NCBI GenBank assembly: GCA_002269645.1
Contig: NIVC01000758.1
Location: 186,001-250,000, forward strand
Source: Macrostomum lignano
Taxonomy: Eukaryota
DNA length: 64,000 bases
Reading direction: 5' to 3'
Of the stretch, positions 20,668-33,624 are shown one piece after another. Position numbers and translations under genes: made by a program. Numbering within the stretch: the stretch's first letter is position 1; each line of letters starts with the position of its first letter. Below the pieces are notes generated by a model, which made no database searches, was not told where the DNA came from, and saw only the letters and a program-made list of their open reading frames with translations.

Positions 20668-21850
20668 GCTGGCATCCCAACATCAATAGGGAGAATTCCT
20701 ATCGGTTATACAGCTGGCATCCCAACATCAATAGGGAGAATTCCTATCGGTTATACAGCTGGCATCCCAACATCAATAGGGAGAATTCCTATCGGTTATA
20801 CAGCTGGCATCCCAACATCAATAGGGAGAATTCCTATCGGTTATACAGCTGGCATCCCAACATCAATAGGGAGAATTCCTATCGGTTATACAGCTGGCAT
20901 CCCAACATCAATAGGGAGAATTCCTATCGGTTATACAGCTGGCATCCCAACATCAATAGGGAGAATTCCTATCGGTTATACAGCTGGCATCCTAACATCA
21001 ATAGGGAGAATTCCTATCGGTTATACAGCTGACATCCCAATTATCGATAGGGAGAATTCCCAAATATTGATAGGGAGGATTCCCGATTATTGATAGGGAG
21101 AATTCCCAATTATCGATAGGGAGAATACCCGATTATTGATAGGGAGAATTCCCGATTATTGATAGGGAGAATTCTCAATTATCGATAGGGAGAATTCCCA
21201 ATTATTGATAGGGAGAATTCTCAATTATCGATAGGGAGAATACCCAATTATTGATAGGGAGAATTCCCGATTATTGATAGGGAGAATTCCCAAATATTGA
21301 TAGGGAGAATTCCCAAATATTGATAGGGAGAATTCCCGATTATTGATAGGGAGAATTCCCAAATATTGATAGGGAGAATTCCCGATTATTGATAGGGAGA
21401 ATTCCCAAATATTGATAGGGAGAATTCCCAAATATTGATAGGGAGAATTCCCAAATATTGATAGGGAGAATTCCCAAATATTGATAGGGAGAATTCCCGA
21501 TTATTGATAGGGAGAATTCCCAAATATTGATAGGGAGAATTCCCAAATATTGATAGGGAGAATTCCCAAATATTGATAGGGAGAATTCCCGATTATTGAT
21601 AGGGAGAATTCCCAAATATTGATAGGGAGAATTCCCGATTATTGATAGGGAGAATTCCCAAATATTGATAGGGAGAATTCCCGATTATTGATAGGGAGAA
21701 TTCCCAATTTTTTATAGGGAGAACTCCTAATTATCGATAGGGAGATTTTTTTGATAGGGAATTTTTGATAGGGAGAATTTCCGAATATTGATTAGGAGAA
21801 TTCCCAATTATCGATGGGGAGAACTCCTAATTATTGATGGGGAGAATTCC
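20668..21850. repeat. Compound array: 45-bp units (20668-21032) changing to related 23-bp units (GATAGGGAGAATTCCCAAATATT)n
   Basis: Both unit types share ATAGGGAGAATTCC; lies upstream of the GPCR. Confidence 0.9.
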
Positions 21851-22139
21851 CATGGGTTACAGCGGGCATTTCTATATCTATGGGAAATTTCCAAGGTTGA
21901 AATCCTCATTGTCGCTGGAAATTCCCCATCGGATGCCTCTGAAATTTCAAATCCCCACTGCCATGGCCATTGGAAATCCCCAGAGCTCTGCGTACCCCCT
22001 CCCCGAGCAGCCAGTCACGGGCTGGGGTCTCCTATTGGCAGGGCGAGTCCATATCAGCTAGCATCCCAGATGCAGCAGCGCGCAGTCCCCAACCCAGCAT
22101 CCCGAGCTGTCAACCTACTTCCCAATGTCAGGCAGGTCA

Positions 22140-25100
22140 ATGATGGAGATGCGGCCGGAGTTGCTGGCCAAGGAGCAGCTGAACCTGACCTGCAGCTCAC
22201 CGGTGTCAGCGATCCGTGCGGCCCTCAGCAACCGGTCCGAGTGCCAGGTGAGCGGCACCGAGCTCAGGCTTGAGCTGCTGCTCACCTTCTACCTGCCCAT
22301 GCTGCTGTGCGTCTCCGGCTTCCTGCTCAATGTGCTCAACTTTTGCATCTTCCGCAGGCAGCAGTTCGAGGGCCCGGCGTACACCTACATGGCCGCCATC
22401 TCCCTGGTGGACGCCCTGTTCCTGCTGTTCTACACCTCCTATGTGCTCACCGCGCTCAGGTAGGGGGGGGGGTTCTGCTGTTCTGCACCTCCTATGTGCT
22501 CACCGCAATCAGGTAGGGGGGGGGGGTTCCTGCTGTTATGCACCTCCTGTGTGCTCACCGCAATCAGGTAGGGAGTCAGCTGGAGTCCTGACCGCCTTCA
22601 CACGTAGGCAAGCTAACGCGCAGGGAGTTCTCAAGAAGCCGCTGTTGATCATAAACACCAGCTAATCTCTTTAAAGTACAAAAAACAGCTGGTAATCCAC
22701 TAATGCGTAAAACAAGAAAGAAAAGTGATTTATAACCAGAGCCTGACAGACTGCACGAAACATCTTTGACAGCTCGAAATATTGAGCATTGTTGGACAAA
22801 GCCGTGTTTTAGCGCGGGCATTTGGGACAGCCTCCGACGGTGCAGACTCTGATTTCCTCGGAGACCCGGCCAGGCTGGCTGTTCGTGCAGGGCAGCAGTC
22901 TCATCTCATCTGGGGGGGGGGGGGGTTGATTAGCTCCGACTGCCGCCACCTGCCCTCCCGCCTCTGCTCCCGCCCAGCCAGGTGCAGGGGATTGGCAATT
23001 TTGTTAATTGAAATTCGGGAGGAATATGAGAGGCCGGCCTGGCTCCCTGCAGCCTCCGTCCAAGAGCCCCACCCATTATTAAAGCGACTCTAATGGCTAC
23101 GGATTGGCCTCATCAAGATGCTGGCACGGCTCCCCTAGAGAAGCTTCACCTCTTTGCAGCGATGATTGACAGGTAAAATGGACTCGAATTGGTAGTCTAA
23201 TTTCGGGGATAAAAGTGCAGCCGAAATTCAATATCCTCGAATGCGCAGCCGCTCAAGTCTCGGGAACCTCGGCCAGCACCGCGGCTGCCACAGAAAACCA
23301 GACAGGCTTGCTGCTCCCGGTATCCAACAGCAACAAGCCGCTTCATCCCCATTCCTCAGACTCAGAGACTTCGCCGTATCTAGAGGCCTGTTGCTCCGCC
23401 GTGTCACGCAAGCATGCGAAGCGACGATACGGAATTACAGGAGTCTAATTTCATTAACCTCGCTCCGCACTCCGCTTTCATCCGTTTTAAACCTGGCCTT
23501 TGAATCATTTTGAACAATATGTTGGAGGGTTAAAAGAATGAGAGGCATTCTCCAGCTACATGTATTTTATTGCAGTTAACGAAAAGGCTTAGATCAACCA
23601 CACTCACCCACAGCACACAGCCAACACCCCAGCCAACCCCACTCCTCACCCACAGCACACACAGCCAGCACCCCAGCCAACCCCACTCCTCACACACAGC
23701 ACACAGCCAGCACCCCAGCCAACCCCACTCCTCACCCACAGCACACAGCCAGCACCCCAGCCAACCCCACTCCTCACACACAGCACACAGCCAGCACCCC
23801 AGCCAACCCCACTCCTCACACACAGCACACAGCCAGCACCCCAGCCAACCCCACTCCTCACCCACAGCACACAGCCAGCACCCCAGCCAACCCCACTCCT
23901 CACCCACAGCACACAGCCAGCACCCCAGCCAACCCCACTCCTCACCCACAGCACACAGCCAACACCCCAGCCAACCCCACTCCTCACCCACAGCACACAC
24001 AGCCAGCACCTCAGCCAACCCCACTCCTCACCCACAGCACACAGCCAGCACCCCAGCCAACCCCACTCCTCACACACAGCACACAGCCAGCACCCCAGCC
24101 AACCCCACTCCTCACCCACAGCACACACAGCCAGCACCTCAGCCAACCCCACTCCTCACCCACAGCACACACAGCCAGCACCTCAGCCAACCCCACTCCC
24201 TCGCCACCCCCAGGTGCCAGGACCACAGCGCCAGGTTCCCCTGCAACTCGAAGGCTTTCCACCTGCTCCGGTCGGCCCTCGCCTTCGCCAGCGTCTACGT
24301 GACGACCACGGTGAACTTCACGCTGCAGACCGTGTGCGCCTGGCTGACGGTCCTCCTCGGCATCGAGCGCTACATGGCCATGAAGTATTTCCACTTCAGG
24401 CGCACCCGTTGCCACCGCACCGACACCAAGCTGACCATCGTGTGCGTCTGCAGCCTCAGCTTCCTGTTCAACCTGCCCAACTCCTTTACCTCCGCCATCA
24501 CCTTCAACTCGCGAGCGTCTCCCGCCACCAACGCCACCGTCCGGTTCATGACCATCGAGCAGACTCGGTTCGGCAGCTCCTCGGACTACCGCGCCTACGC
24601 CTTCATCAAGCTGGCCTGCTCATCCGTGCTGCCCTTCGTCCTGCTGGCGGTGAACAACACCCTGCTGCTCTACCTGGTGCTGCGCCACCAGCGGGCCAGC
24701 TGCGCCAGCCAGCTTCGCCAGCGCCAGGACCCGCCGGCCATGCGGACCTCCAAAGTGCTGCAGGCTTCGCTCAGCCGCATCCGGGCGCAGAAAAACCTCA
24801 CCATCCTCCTCATCGTGGTCATCTTCGTGTTCCTGGCCGGCCAGCTGCCGCGCTCGCTGCTGCTGAAGGACGTCTTCGCGTTCATCTACCCGCACTGTCC
24901 GTGCGGCACCAGCCTCCTGTGGATCTGCTGCCCGCTCTACCGCCGCCTCCACCCGCTCAGCGAGGTCGTCTACCTGCTCTGCCTCAACCTGAACTTCTTC
25001 ATCTACCTCAGCCTCAATCAGCACTTCCGGGCGCACATCCGGCTGCCCAGGCTCTGCTGCGGCTCGGCGGGCCCGGAGCGCGGCGGCCGCGGCTGCCGTC

Positions 25101-25534
25101 TGCGCCGCTGCGGCGGCACCGACGCTGAAGGCAGCGCCAATGCTTATCGGAAAGCCGGCAGCCGGGTGGACCGGTTCTCCGCCGCCGGGGCCACCACCTG
25201 CGACTGCAGCCCGGCGCAGTCCTGCCACTGGATCGGCGCCCTTCGAGTCGCCGAGGGCAGCTGCGCGCCGCTGCCTCCGAGGCGCCACTCGTGCGCAGCG
25301 CTCGGCTTCTTCGACGACTTCGACTTGGAGGAGAACAGCAACGCGGAGGCCGAGCTGGAGGCCGTGGCAATTGTGCAGCACCATCAGTGTCGAAGGTCCC
25401 GGTCGTCGGCCGGCAGCTCGAGGAGTCTCAGCCGACTCGACGGCGCTGGCAGCGGGAGCGGCGGCGGCGGTGGTGCAGCCTGGGAGATGGACGGCCTGCT
25501 GGGCTGCCGGCCTGTCATGGTGAGCCAGCTGTGA
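22140..25534 (+). CDS. Class A (rhodopsin-like) GPCR, FMRFamide/peptide-receptor-like, ~546 aa
   Basis: Exons 22140-22459 and 24214-25534 (phase 2; alternative ATG at 22125). N-terminal sequons NLT and NRS; TM1 GFLLNVLNF; TM2 AYTYMAAISLVD; TM3 LGIERY; TM4 FLFNLP; TM5 VLPFVLLAVNNTLL; TM6 VFLAGQLP; TM7 LNLNFFIY. Long low-complexity C-tail. Confidence 0.9.
22419..22572 (+). repeat. Triplication of the GPCR exon-1 3' end plus splice donor (~54-bp unit)
   Basis: CTGCTGTT...CCTCCT.TGTGCTCACCGC..TCAG|GTAGGG occurs three times, with GT at 22460, 22513 and 22568. Confidence 0.85.
23590..24205. repeat. 42-bp CA-rich minisatellite in the GPCR intron
   Basis: Direct tandem units; gives the SQHPSQPHSSPTAH pseudo-ORF fused to exon 2 in the ORF track. 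Confidence 0.9.
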
Positions 25535-25821
25535 GCAGCTTCTCACCGGCCTGTCACGGTGAGCCAGCTGTGAGCAGCTGTCTCATCGAACGAAAATAAA
25601 TAAAATGTTTTATCGAGTCGCTGTCAGGTTCGTGTCAACCTTTAAAACATGTTTAAAACTAAGCTTCGGTAATCTTCATTTTTGTAGTCAGACAATTTCA
25701 ATTGTAACTCATTTTAAAACTCTTGGAATTCACGAGCCTGTTTTGTATGTGAATTTCTCTGTCAGATCAATATTTTAGCTCGTATGACAAAGTTTCGAAT
25801 TTAATTTCCATAAACTGGAAA

Positions 25822-26228
25822 TCGTCATTGTCCCCTGCGATCTGAGGTCATTGTCCCCTGTGATCTGCGGTCATTGTCCCCTGCGATCTGAAGTCATTGT
25901 CCCCTGTTATCTGCGGTCATTGTCCCCTGCGATCTGTGGTCATTGTCCCCTGCGATCTGCGGTCATTGTCCCCTGCGATCTGCGGTCATAGTCCCCTGCG
26001 ATCTGTGGTCATTGTCCCCTGCGATCTGCGGTCATTGTCCCCTGCAATCTGAAGTCATTGTCCCTTGTTATCTGCGGTCATTGTCCTCTGCGATCTGCGG
26101 TCATTGTCCCCTGTTATCTGCGGTCATTGTCCCCTGTTATCTGCGGTCATTGTCCCCTGTGATCTGCGGTCATTGTCCCCTGCGATCTGAAGTCATTGTC
26201 CCCTGTGATCTGCGGTCATTGTCCCCTC
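25822..26228. repeat. 23-bp minisatellite (GTCATTGTCCCCTGCGATCTGCG)n
   Basis: Direct tandem units. Confidence 0.9.
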
Positions 26229-26977
26229 ACCCATGGTAACCCGAGTATCTGATATTTGGTCTGAATCAGCTGACATTCTTCGCAATGTTTTTGCAGTAGA
26301 ACAAATTTTAACACAATTTTAATGTTGCGAACTGTTTAACTTTTTATTATTGATGTTCGTGCTTTGTGTTTGTCTGCTCTGAATACAAATATACGGCCTG
26401 ATATACGCAGTCGTACGCTTTGATTGACAGTTGTGACTCATAATTATTTTGTGTCCAGCGTTTATACCAAAACCTAAATATTCAGTCATTTTTTTACTTT
26501 CACTGATTCTGGTTAGAGCTGCCCTCTGTTGGGATTCAGATAAGGCTTAGGTTTAGGTTGGGCGGTTTAAGGCAGTACAATGTCCTGGATCCTTGCAGTT
26601 TGCCGCGTTGCCGGGACCAAGGCTGCTTACATTGTCTGTGGCGGAACCCAGTTTCGTTCTTAGATAATTTGTAATTCCTCCGAGTCAACCTCTCAAGATG
26701 ACAAGGCAATAAAGTCTCCATCCTGAATTTGCTATTTTCCTCCCGGCCAGTTTGCAATCCGGTTTGTTCGAACTGCGGCGCCCTTCGCATGGATATCGGA
26801 TGTCAGCCAGCTGAGCTGGGCAGCCGCTCTGTCACTTCCTTGACAGCTCGGGTGGAGCCGAGGCTGACGGCTCCGGGGCCGTCACGCAACTCTGGGAGAT
26901 GGGAACAGCTGAGCTCTTGCCGAGAGGACTGAGGATCAGCTGATCAGAAGCTGCTTCAACCTGCTGAGCTCAGATTG

Positions 26978-27495
<518 letters not shown>

Positions 27496-27873
27496 TCCAA
27501 AAAAACGTGCGAGAATCGCAGATTGAGAAAAAGTTGAAAAGTTTCAGAGCTGCTGATGCCAAAGAAGGATTCGCACGGCAGCCCTGCAGCGGTCGCGGCC
27601 CCATTAACTGGCCTTGCGGGGATTCCCAGACCCGAAGGAGTTTCTGGGGCTTCCCGCAGCCGGACTGTCCCGCGTTCTGAGTTTTCACGCCCGACTGCGC
27701 CACTCAGCCAGAGCGAAATAATCAAATTCGATTTCAGTACTCAAGTCTGAGACATTTTTAAGCTTTTGAATTTCCTGAGCAATCGACAATAATTCTTGCT
27801 CGAATCCAGAGAATCGAACCCGAAACCTCAGTGTCCGGTCGTTCAGGAATTTAACTCTCCGTAGCTGAGCAGC

Positions 27874-28140
<267 letters not shown>

Positions 28141-29072
28141 GAAAAGGTCTCGAGTTCGATTCTCGAAAAGGGCACCCCAAGGCGCAGCAGAGAGTGCATG
28201 TACACCCTGTGTGAGCGCGGGAATGCATGCAGAGGCATGTCTGCTAGACTAGCAGTCCAGATCATGCTAGCTGATAAAAATTTGCTGAAAAACAAGAAAG
28301 CATCCGCTGCGCTCGTGCACTCTTGTTTGAGCAGCTCTGCGATTTTCTCTGCGAAGAGCAAATTGTGAAACATGATAATAATTAATTGGTACACGCCGTC
28401 AGCCATCAAGGTTCTCTTGGGCGCCTCTCCGCGTGCCTCACCCGCCCTGTAATTTCAGTCGGCAGGGGCGGGCGGCTCCTGCTGTCTCCTCTGTCTGCTT
28501 CTAGAAGAGACAAGCAATCGCCCAGGCTGCGGGTGCCCCCCCCCCGTAGGGCTGCTCAACATTCCACTCCGGCAGAAATTTGCTCCCTTCTGAATTTGCA
28601 TTCACCCAGGCGCAGCAACAGGCCGCACTCGTTAACGAATTCTGTAATTCGGGTCTCCAGGGCCGCTGCTCTCAATCCCCAGTCTCTGGGGCCTGATCGT
28701 TTTCTTCCGCTGCCGTGTTTCTGCGTCACGCAGTTTATTTTAAAACGGGTTTTTTCCGCAGCATTTTGGCTGCCTGACTGAGCTCGGCAGCTCCCCAGAG
28801 ACTGCGGGTTTTGCCACATCATCATTCTCAGCTCTCTGATTGATGAAGATTGGCCAGAATCTTAATGGTTTGTTTATCCGCCCCCGTGTATGCGAGGAGT
28901 TATTCGGGTCGGAATAGTTATCAGCATAACAATTTAGAGCAAGCTTTGACATATTTTATTTCAAACTACAATAGCGTCATTAGCAACAGTTTCAATTTCC
29001 GGATTTATGATTAACAAGAGGAGCCACTAAAGCTGTGGTTTCCCCCGGGGATTTCTGCTGCGGCTTCTGAGT

Positions 29073-30134
29073 CTATTGAGAGCTGTGCGACTTCCGAGGC
29101 TTCTGAGGCTCCCGAGGCTCCTGCGATTCCCGAGGCTCCTGAGATTCCCGAGGCTCCCGAGATTCCCGAGGATCCCGAGATTCCCGAGGCTCCCGAGATT
29201 TCCGAGGCTCTCGAGATTTCCGAGGCTCCTGAGATTCCCGAGGCTCCTGAGATTCCCGAGGCTCCTGAGATTCCCGAGGCTCCATTGGCTCCTTGTGCTT
29301 TCGAGACACTTGAGATTTCTGCGACTGTCGAGGCGTTTGCATCTTCAGCGACTTCTCAGACTTTTGAGACTCCTGAGGCTCCTGAAGCTCCTGAAGCTCC
29401 TGAGGCTCCTGAGGCTTCTGAAGCTCCGCAGGCGACTCCGGAGGATCCTGCGACTCTTCAGGCTCCATCAGCTCCAGAGGCTGCAGCGAGTCTCCAGTTG
29501 ATTTTGACATCCGCGATTCAATCGACTCCACAACGTCGACGAGGTCCACCAGCGACTCCCGCGATGTCTCCCAGTGCAGCTGCAGGATGCCCTGCATCTC
29601 TGACTCAGCCAGCAGCAAGGAGTCGTTGATTCGCTTCTGCAGCTGGTGCAGGTACGCGTGCCGCTGCTCCTCCACCGTCGCGCGCTCGTTGTGCCGCTGG
29701 TTGTTGCAGCGGATCCTGGCGCCGTCGAAGCGCCATCGGGCGAGGCTCTGCACCAGGCAGGCGTCCGCGGTTGACAGCGCGTGCACCGAGGAGTCGCAGG
29801 CAAACAGCATGGACAGCGCGGTTGGCAGCTGCACCGTGCGCACCCAGCCGGCCTCAAAGCAGCTGCTGTTGATGCCCAGGCTGGACCAGAGACTCGTGTA
29901 GAACTCCAGCAGCTCGGCGTGGTGCAGAAATCCCGGATGGCCGCGCAGCGCCCAGCAGGGCTCGGCGCTTTCATCCCGCCGGTTCAGCCGGAACACGGCG
30001 AACGGGTAGAAGCAGGTGGGCACGCCCAGGCTGGTGAACAGCTCGCACTTGGACTCGGCCGGCAGGCGGCCCTGGCCTCTGGTCTGCACCGTCCACTGCG
30101 GCAGTTGCGAGCTGGCGGAGAACTCCGAGGTCAT
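29073..30134 (-). CDS. Hypothetical protein (~353 aa) with C-terminal EPRESQ repeats
   Basis: Single open frame with strongly GC3-biased codons over 29500-30134, like the other genes here. An acceptor-like CCCAG lies 8 nt before the ATG. An 18-bp coding repeat spans ~29085-29290. No family recognised. Confidence 0.7.
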   Translation of the reverse strand: MTSEFSASSQLPQWTVQTRGQGRLPAESKCELFTSLGVPTCFYPFAVFRLNRRDESAEPCWALRGHPGFLHHAELLEFYTSLWSSLGINSSCFEAGWVRTVQLPTALSMLFACDSSVHALSTADACLVQSLARWRFDGARIRCNNQRHNERATVEEQRHAYLHQLQKRINDSLLLAESEMQGILQLHWETSRESLVDLVDVVESIESRMSKSTGDSLQPLELMEPEESQDPPESPAELQKPQEPQELQELQEPQESQKSEKSLKMQTPRQSQKSQVSRKHKEPMEPRESQEPRESQEPRESQEPRKSREPRKSREPRESRDPRESREPRESQEPRESQEPREPQKPRKSHSSQ

Positions 30135-30689
30135 GACGGATGCTGGGATCATCAGGGCAGCAGAAAGTGCTACTTAAGCTTTTGTCAGTATAAAGCAGAG
30201 CATATTGAGGCGACTCAACTTGCACTGGGGCCTCCTTCAGGTCAACAGGAAGGCAGGATGTCTATGGCCTCAAGATCATTGATTCAGTGTGAAGACTGTC
30301 TATGGCCCATCCCCCACTTGGCGCTGGGCTGACTCATTGACTTCTAAAAATAGCATAGTTTGTAGGATCTATTTTAAAACTGCAGGATATGCTGCTCTGC
30401 TACGGTTTAGGACATAGACTAAGCAGTAAGCTTAGCTTGCATTTTTCAAATCTTTTAAAAAGATTGTTGGGAACTTTTTTAGAATATAGCGCAGAAATTC
30501 GCAGAAAAGCAGACAGGAAAGAGCCTTCTGCTTGGGATATTGCTTTTTCACCAAAACAACTCGCTTTATTGAGTTCCTGTCAGGGCGAGGCTCGAAGATT
30601 TATGACCATTACTCAGATGGGCTGAGCTGCTTAGCTTGATGAGCATATTGGCTCAGGTAGTTGAAGTAGGTGAGCACAGACTGGCTAGG

Positions 30690-30895
30690 GTGGATGAAGT
30701 AGATGAAGTAGATATAGTAGATATAGTAGATATAGTAGATAAAGTAGATATAGTAGATAAAATAGATATAGCATATAAAGTAGATAAAGTAGATAAAGTA
30801 GATAAAGTAGATAAAGTAGATATAGTAGATATAGTAGATATAGTGGATAAAGTAGATAAAGTAGGCAAAGTAGGCAAAGCAGATAAAGGTAGAAA
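30690..30895. repeat. 9-bp degenerate repeat (GTAGATA[T/A]A)n
   Basis: Direct tandem units. Confidence 0.8.
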
Positions 30896-31243
30896 TTAGC
30901 CTAACCAGACGACGGCTCTGAAAGCATAAGGCCTAAGTTTGGGTGCATTTCATAAATTCTCATTAATAATTGATCAACTACTGAGTTCACTTTTCCAAGT
31001 AGTATGCATGATAGCGCACTTATGAAGCAGCATTCTTTCGTTCTGAATTATTAAATATTATAGATTTTATCGAAATTCAAAGCAACACAGTTTTGAAGTT
31101 TATTATTGCACAATGCATATGATTTCATGATTTCAGATTCACCGTGTTTATCAGTGCATTGCTTTTGTATTGCGAGGAAAGTATATTATAAACGTTAGAC
31201 TATAAATAATTGGGGAGCGAGTTCGGGACCTCAATCGAAGCGC

Positions 31244-31600
31244 TCAGCTGCAGGGCTGAGACATGTCATTGGCCAGGCCCTGGTACACCTTGCAGTCCGG
31301 GCCGCGGTACGACCTGCAGTCGCCATCGTCCGGCGGCAGCTTGCCGGCCAGCAGGCAGTCGCCCCAGAAGCAGCTCATGCAGCTGAACTGCTCAATGCGC
31401 CCAGTACGGAATGTGCTGTTGGTTGAGCCGGGGAACAGCTTCAGGCAGCTGCTGAACTGCTCGATGTACTTGTTCACCAGCTCCTGGCTGATGGTGCGGC
31501 CTCCGATGACCAGCGAGTCCGTGACGCTGGCGGGGCTGCAGGCCAGGGAGAGGCTGGCTGATGCGGCCAGAAGGATGCAGAGGCAGAGGTTGGAGAGCAT
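31244..31600 (-). CDS. Small secreted cysteine-rich protein (118 aa, signal peptide plus 8 Cys)
   Basis: MLSNLCLCILLAASASLSLA is a hydrophobic signal peptide with an SLA|C cleavage site. The mature part has 8 Cys. Codon usage is GC3-rich, the start context is GCAGCCATG, and the gene is intronless. Confidence 0.8.
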   Translation of the reverse strand: MLSNLCLCILLAASASLSLACSPASVTDSLVIGGRTISQELVNKYIEQFSSCLKLFPGSTNSTFRTGRIEQFSCMSCFWGDCLLAGKLPPDDGDCRSYRGPDCKVYQGLANDMSQPCS

Positions 31601-32027
31601 GGCTGCTGGCAGAAGCTGCGGGAATGTTTCAAATCAGAGTTCGGCAAAGTTGAAGCAAAATTTTGGGGGCGATTTTGGGGGCCTTTTATGCCTTTCAGTT
31701 GCTGGGGATTTGCCACCCACCCGCTGCGTGGCCAAGGATCTCGGCTGATAATCCTCTGTCACCATGAAAGCCTGAGGGATCAGCGCAACTGGATTGACTG
31801 CCCCGACATGTTCTGAGCTGAGTGGCAGCTGGTGTCAACACCAGCTGTGACTGCCGAATTCGACTCCATAAATGGATTTTTATAGCTTCGAATTAGTGAC
31901 TTGGCTACAGCGGATTAACAGTGGCGCTGACAAGGGAGCCGCAGGTCACGTGACTTAGTGGGACACCTGCTGCCTCTTCGTTTGGCAGACTTGAAAGCAT
32001 AGTCTAAGGTTTTCTTTTAGTGAAAAA

Positions 32028-32382
<355 letters not shown>

Positions 32383-33624
32383 ACAATCAGAGCAGCAATG
32401 TCGTGATCCGCTTACCGAACTCAATGCTGTGTCAGCAAATTTCACTCTTCTGAGTTGATTGGGAATTGCTCAATGCTCCCCGTGTTGGATTGATATAGGC
32501 AGTTTATGTGATGCTGTTTATTGCCGCACTAGTAAACACGATAATAGCCCAATAAACATCTTGTTTGTTCTGAGTTCTGAGTCGGGCTGCTAAAATTAGA
32601 ATATTTTTCTGCCCATAGAACTCCACTTTCTGAGAACAATGAGCTGCCCCTCTCCCCGCGCAGTGAATGATGAAGCAATTATGTTAACAGCCAGGGGTGC
32701 TGTCGTTCTCAGCACTCAGCAGCCCTGCTGAGCAGCTGTTTCTGTGTGAATAATTGAGTGCAACAGCACGGCAACAGCAGCGGATCTGAGCTGCAATGCC
32801 TGTTTACGAACTGGCAATTTTGGTCCTGCTTTGAGATGCTAGCAGGCGTCTGTGAGGTGTATTTCGCCTCGAAGCCATCATTGTCGGAGCGCTCAGGTAC
32901 GGATAAAATTAGCCGCGTGCCACTGATGGACAGAATTCGTTAATATCAATAAAACAAAAAGAGGTTTTGAAATCAGAAAATGTCTCTAATTGGTTAAAAA
33001 GTCAGGCATATAAATACGAAGACAATATGCATGTCACGTCAAACTTCTCTTGTACTCGGAAGTAAATGATAATATTGTCCGATTCAACCAGCCTGCATGG
33101 GGTTTGAGGGAGAAAAATAAAACAAAATTATCATCAATTCGAATTTTAGCGCGTAGGGGCTTGTGCACATTAAAACAAAAATTATAGCAATGCAGCAAAC
33201 AATGGCATGTTAATCCATCAGCTAACGGCTTTAATCCCTGGTTTGAAGACGCATATAGATTAATAACAAATATAGCATATTGAAATATAACAAAATATTT
33301 ACGTAGTTAAACAAAATAAAATATTTAATAAAACGAGAAAAAATCACGGCGGACAAAAATAGTCTCGCGACAAGCAGGTAAATTGATTTTTTATGATTGG
33401 TGCAAAATATTGATGTTGACCACCGCTTCTCTGCTTCATCACTCTATCTTGGAGCTTCAATTTATAGAGGCACGAGAAATCACCTAGCAACAAGACAGTA
33501 AAACAACATACTACTGACAATAATGATTTCAGAAGTAGTATTATAGCATTTTAGCATTTTACTAGGACTGCTGCCTTGGCGAGCGCTTAATCTTTATGCA
33601 TGAATTTACTGAGCTATTGAGCCC

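Noticed and set aside
20668-21850. Regular arrays with partly palindromic units, superficially CRISPR-like
   Set aside because: Units are head-to-tail with no unique spacers, there are no cas genes, and the context is eukaryotic. The same applies to all other arrays here.
21040-21850. GGGAGAATTCCC as tandem NF-kB sites
   Set aside because: It does not fit GGGRNWYYCC exactly on either strand (spacing or one mismatch), and there is no functional evidence.
24011-25599. Antisense and alternate-frame ORFs over the GPCR exon (also over the parvin, MAP9, RPGR and 29-30 kb exons)
   Set aside because: These are expected shadows of GC3-rich coding sequence, which lacks stops in other frames; they show no recognisable motifs.
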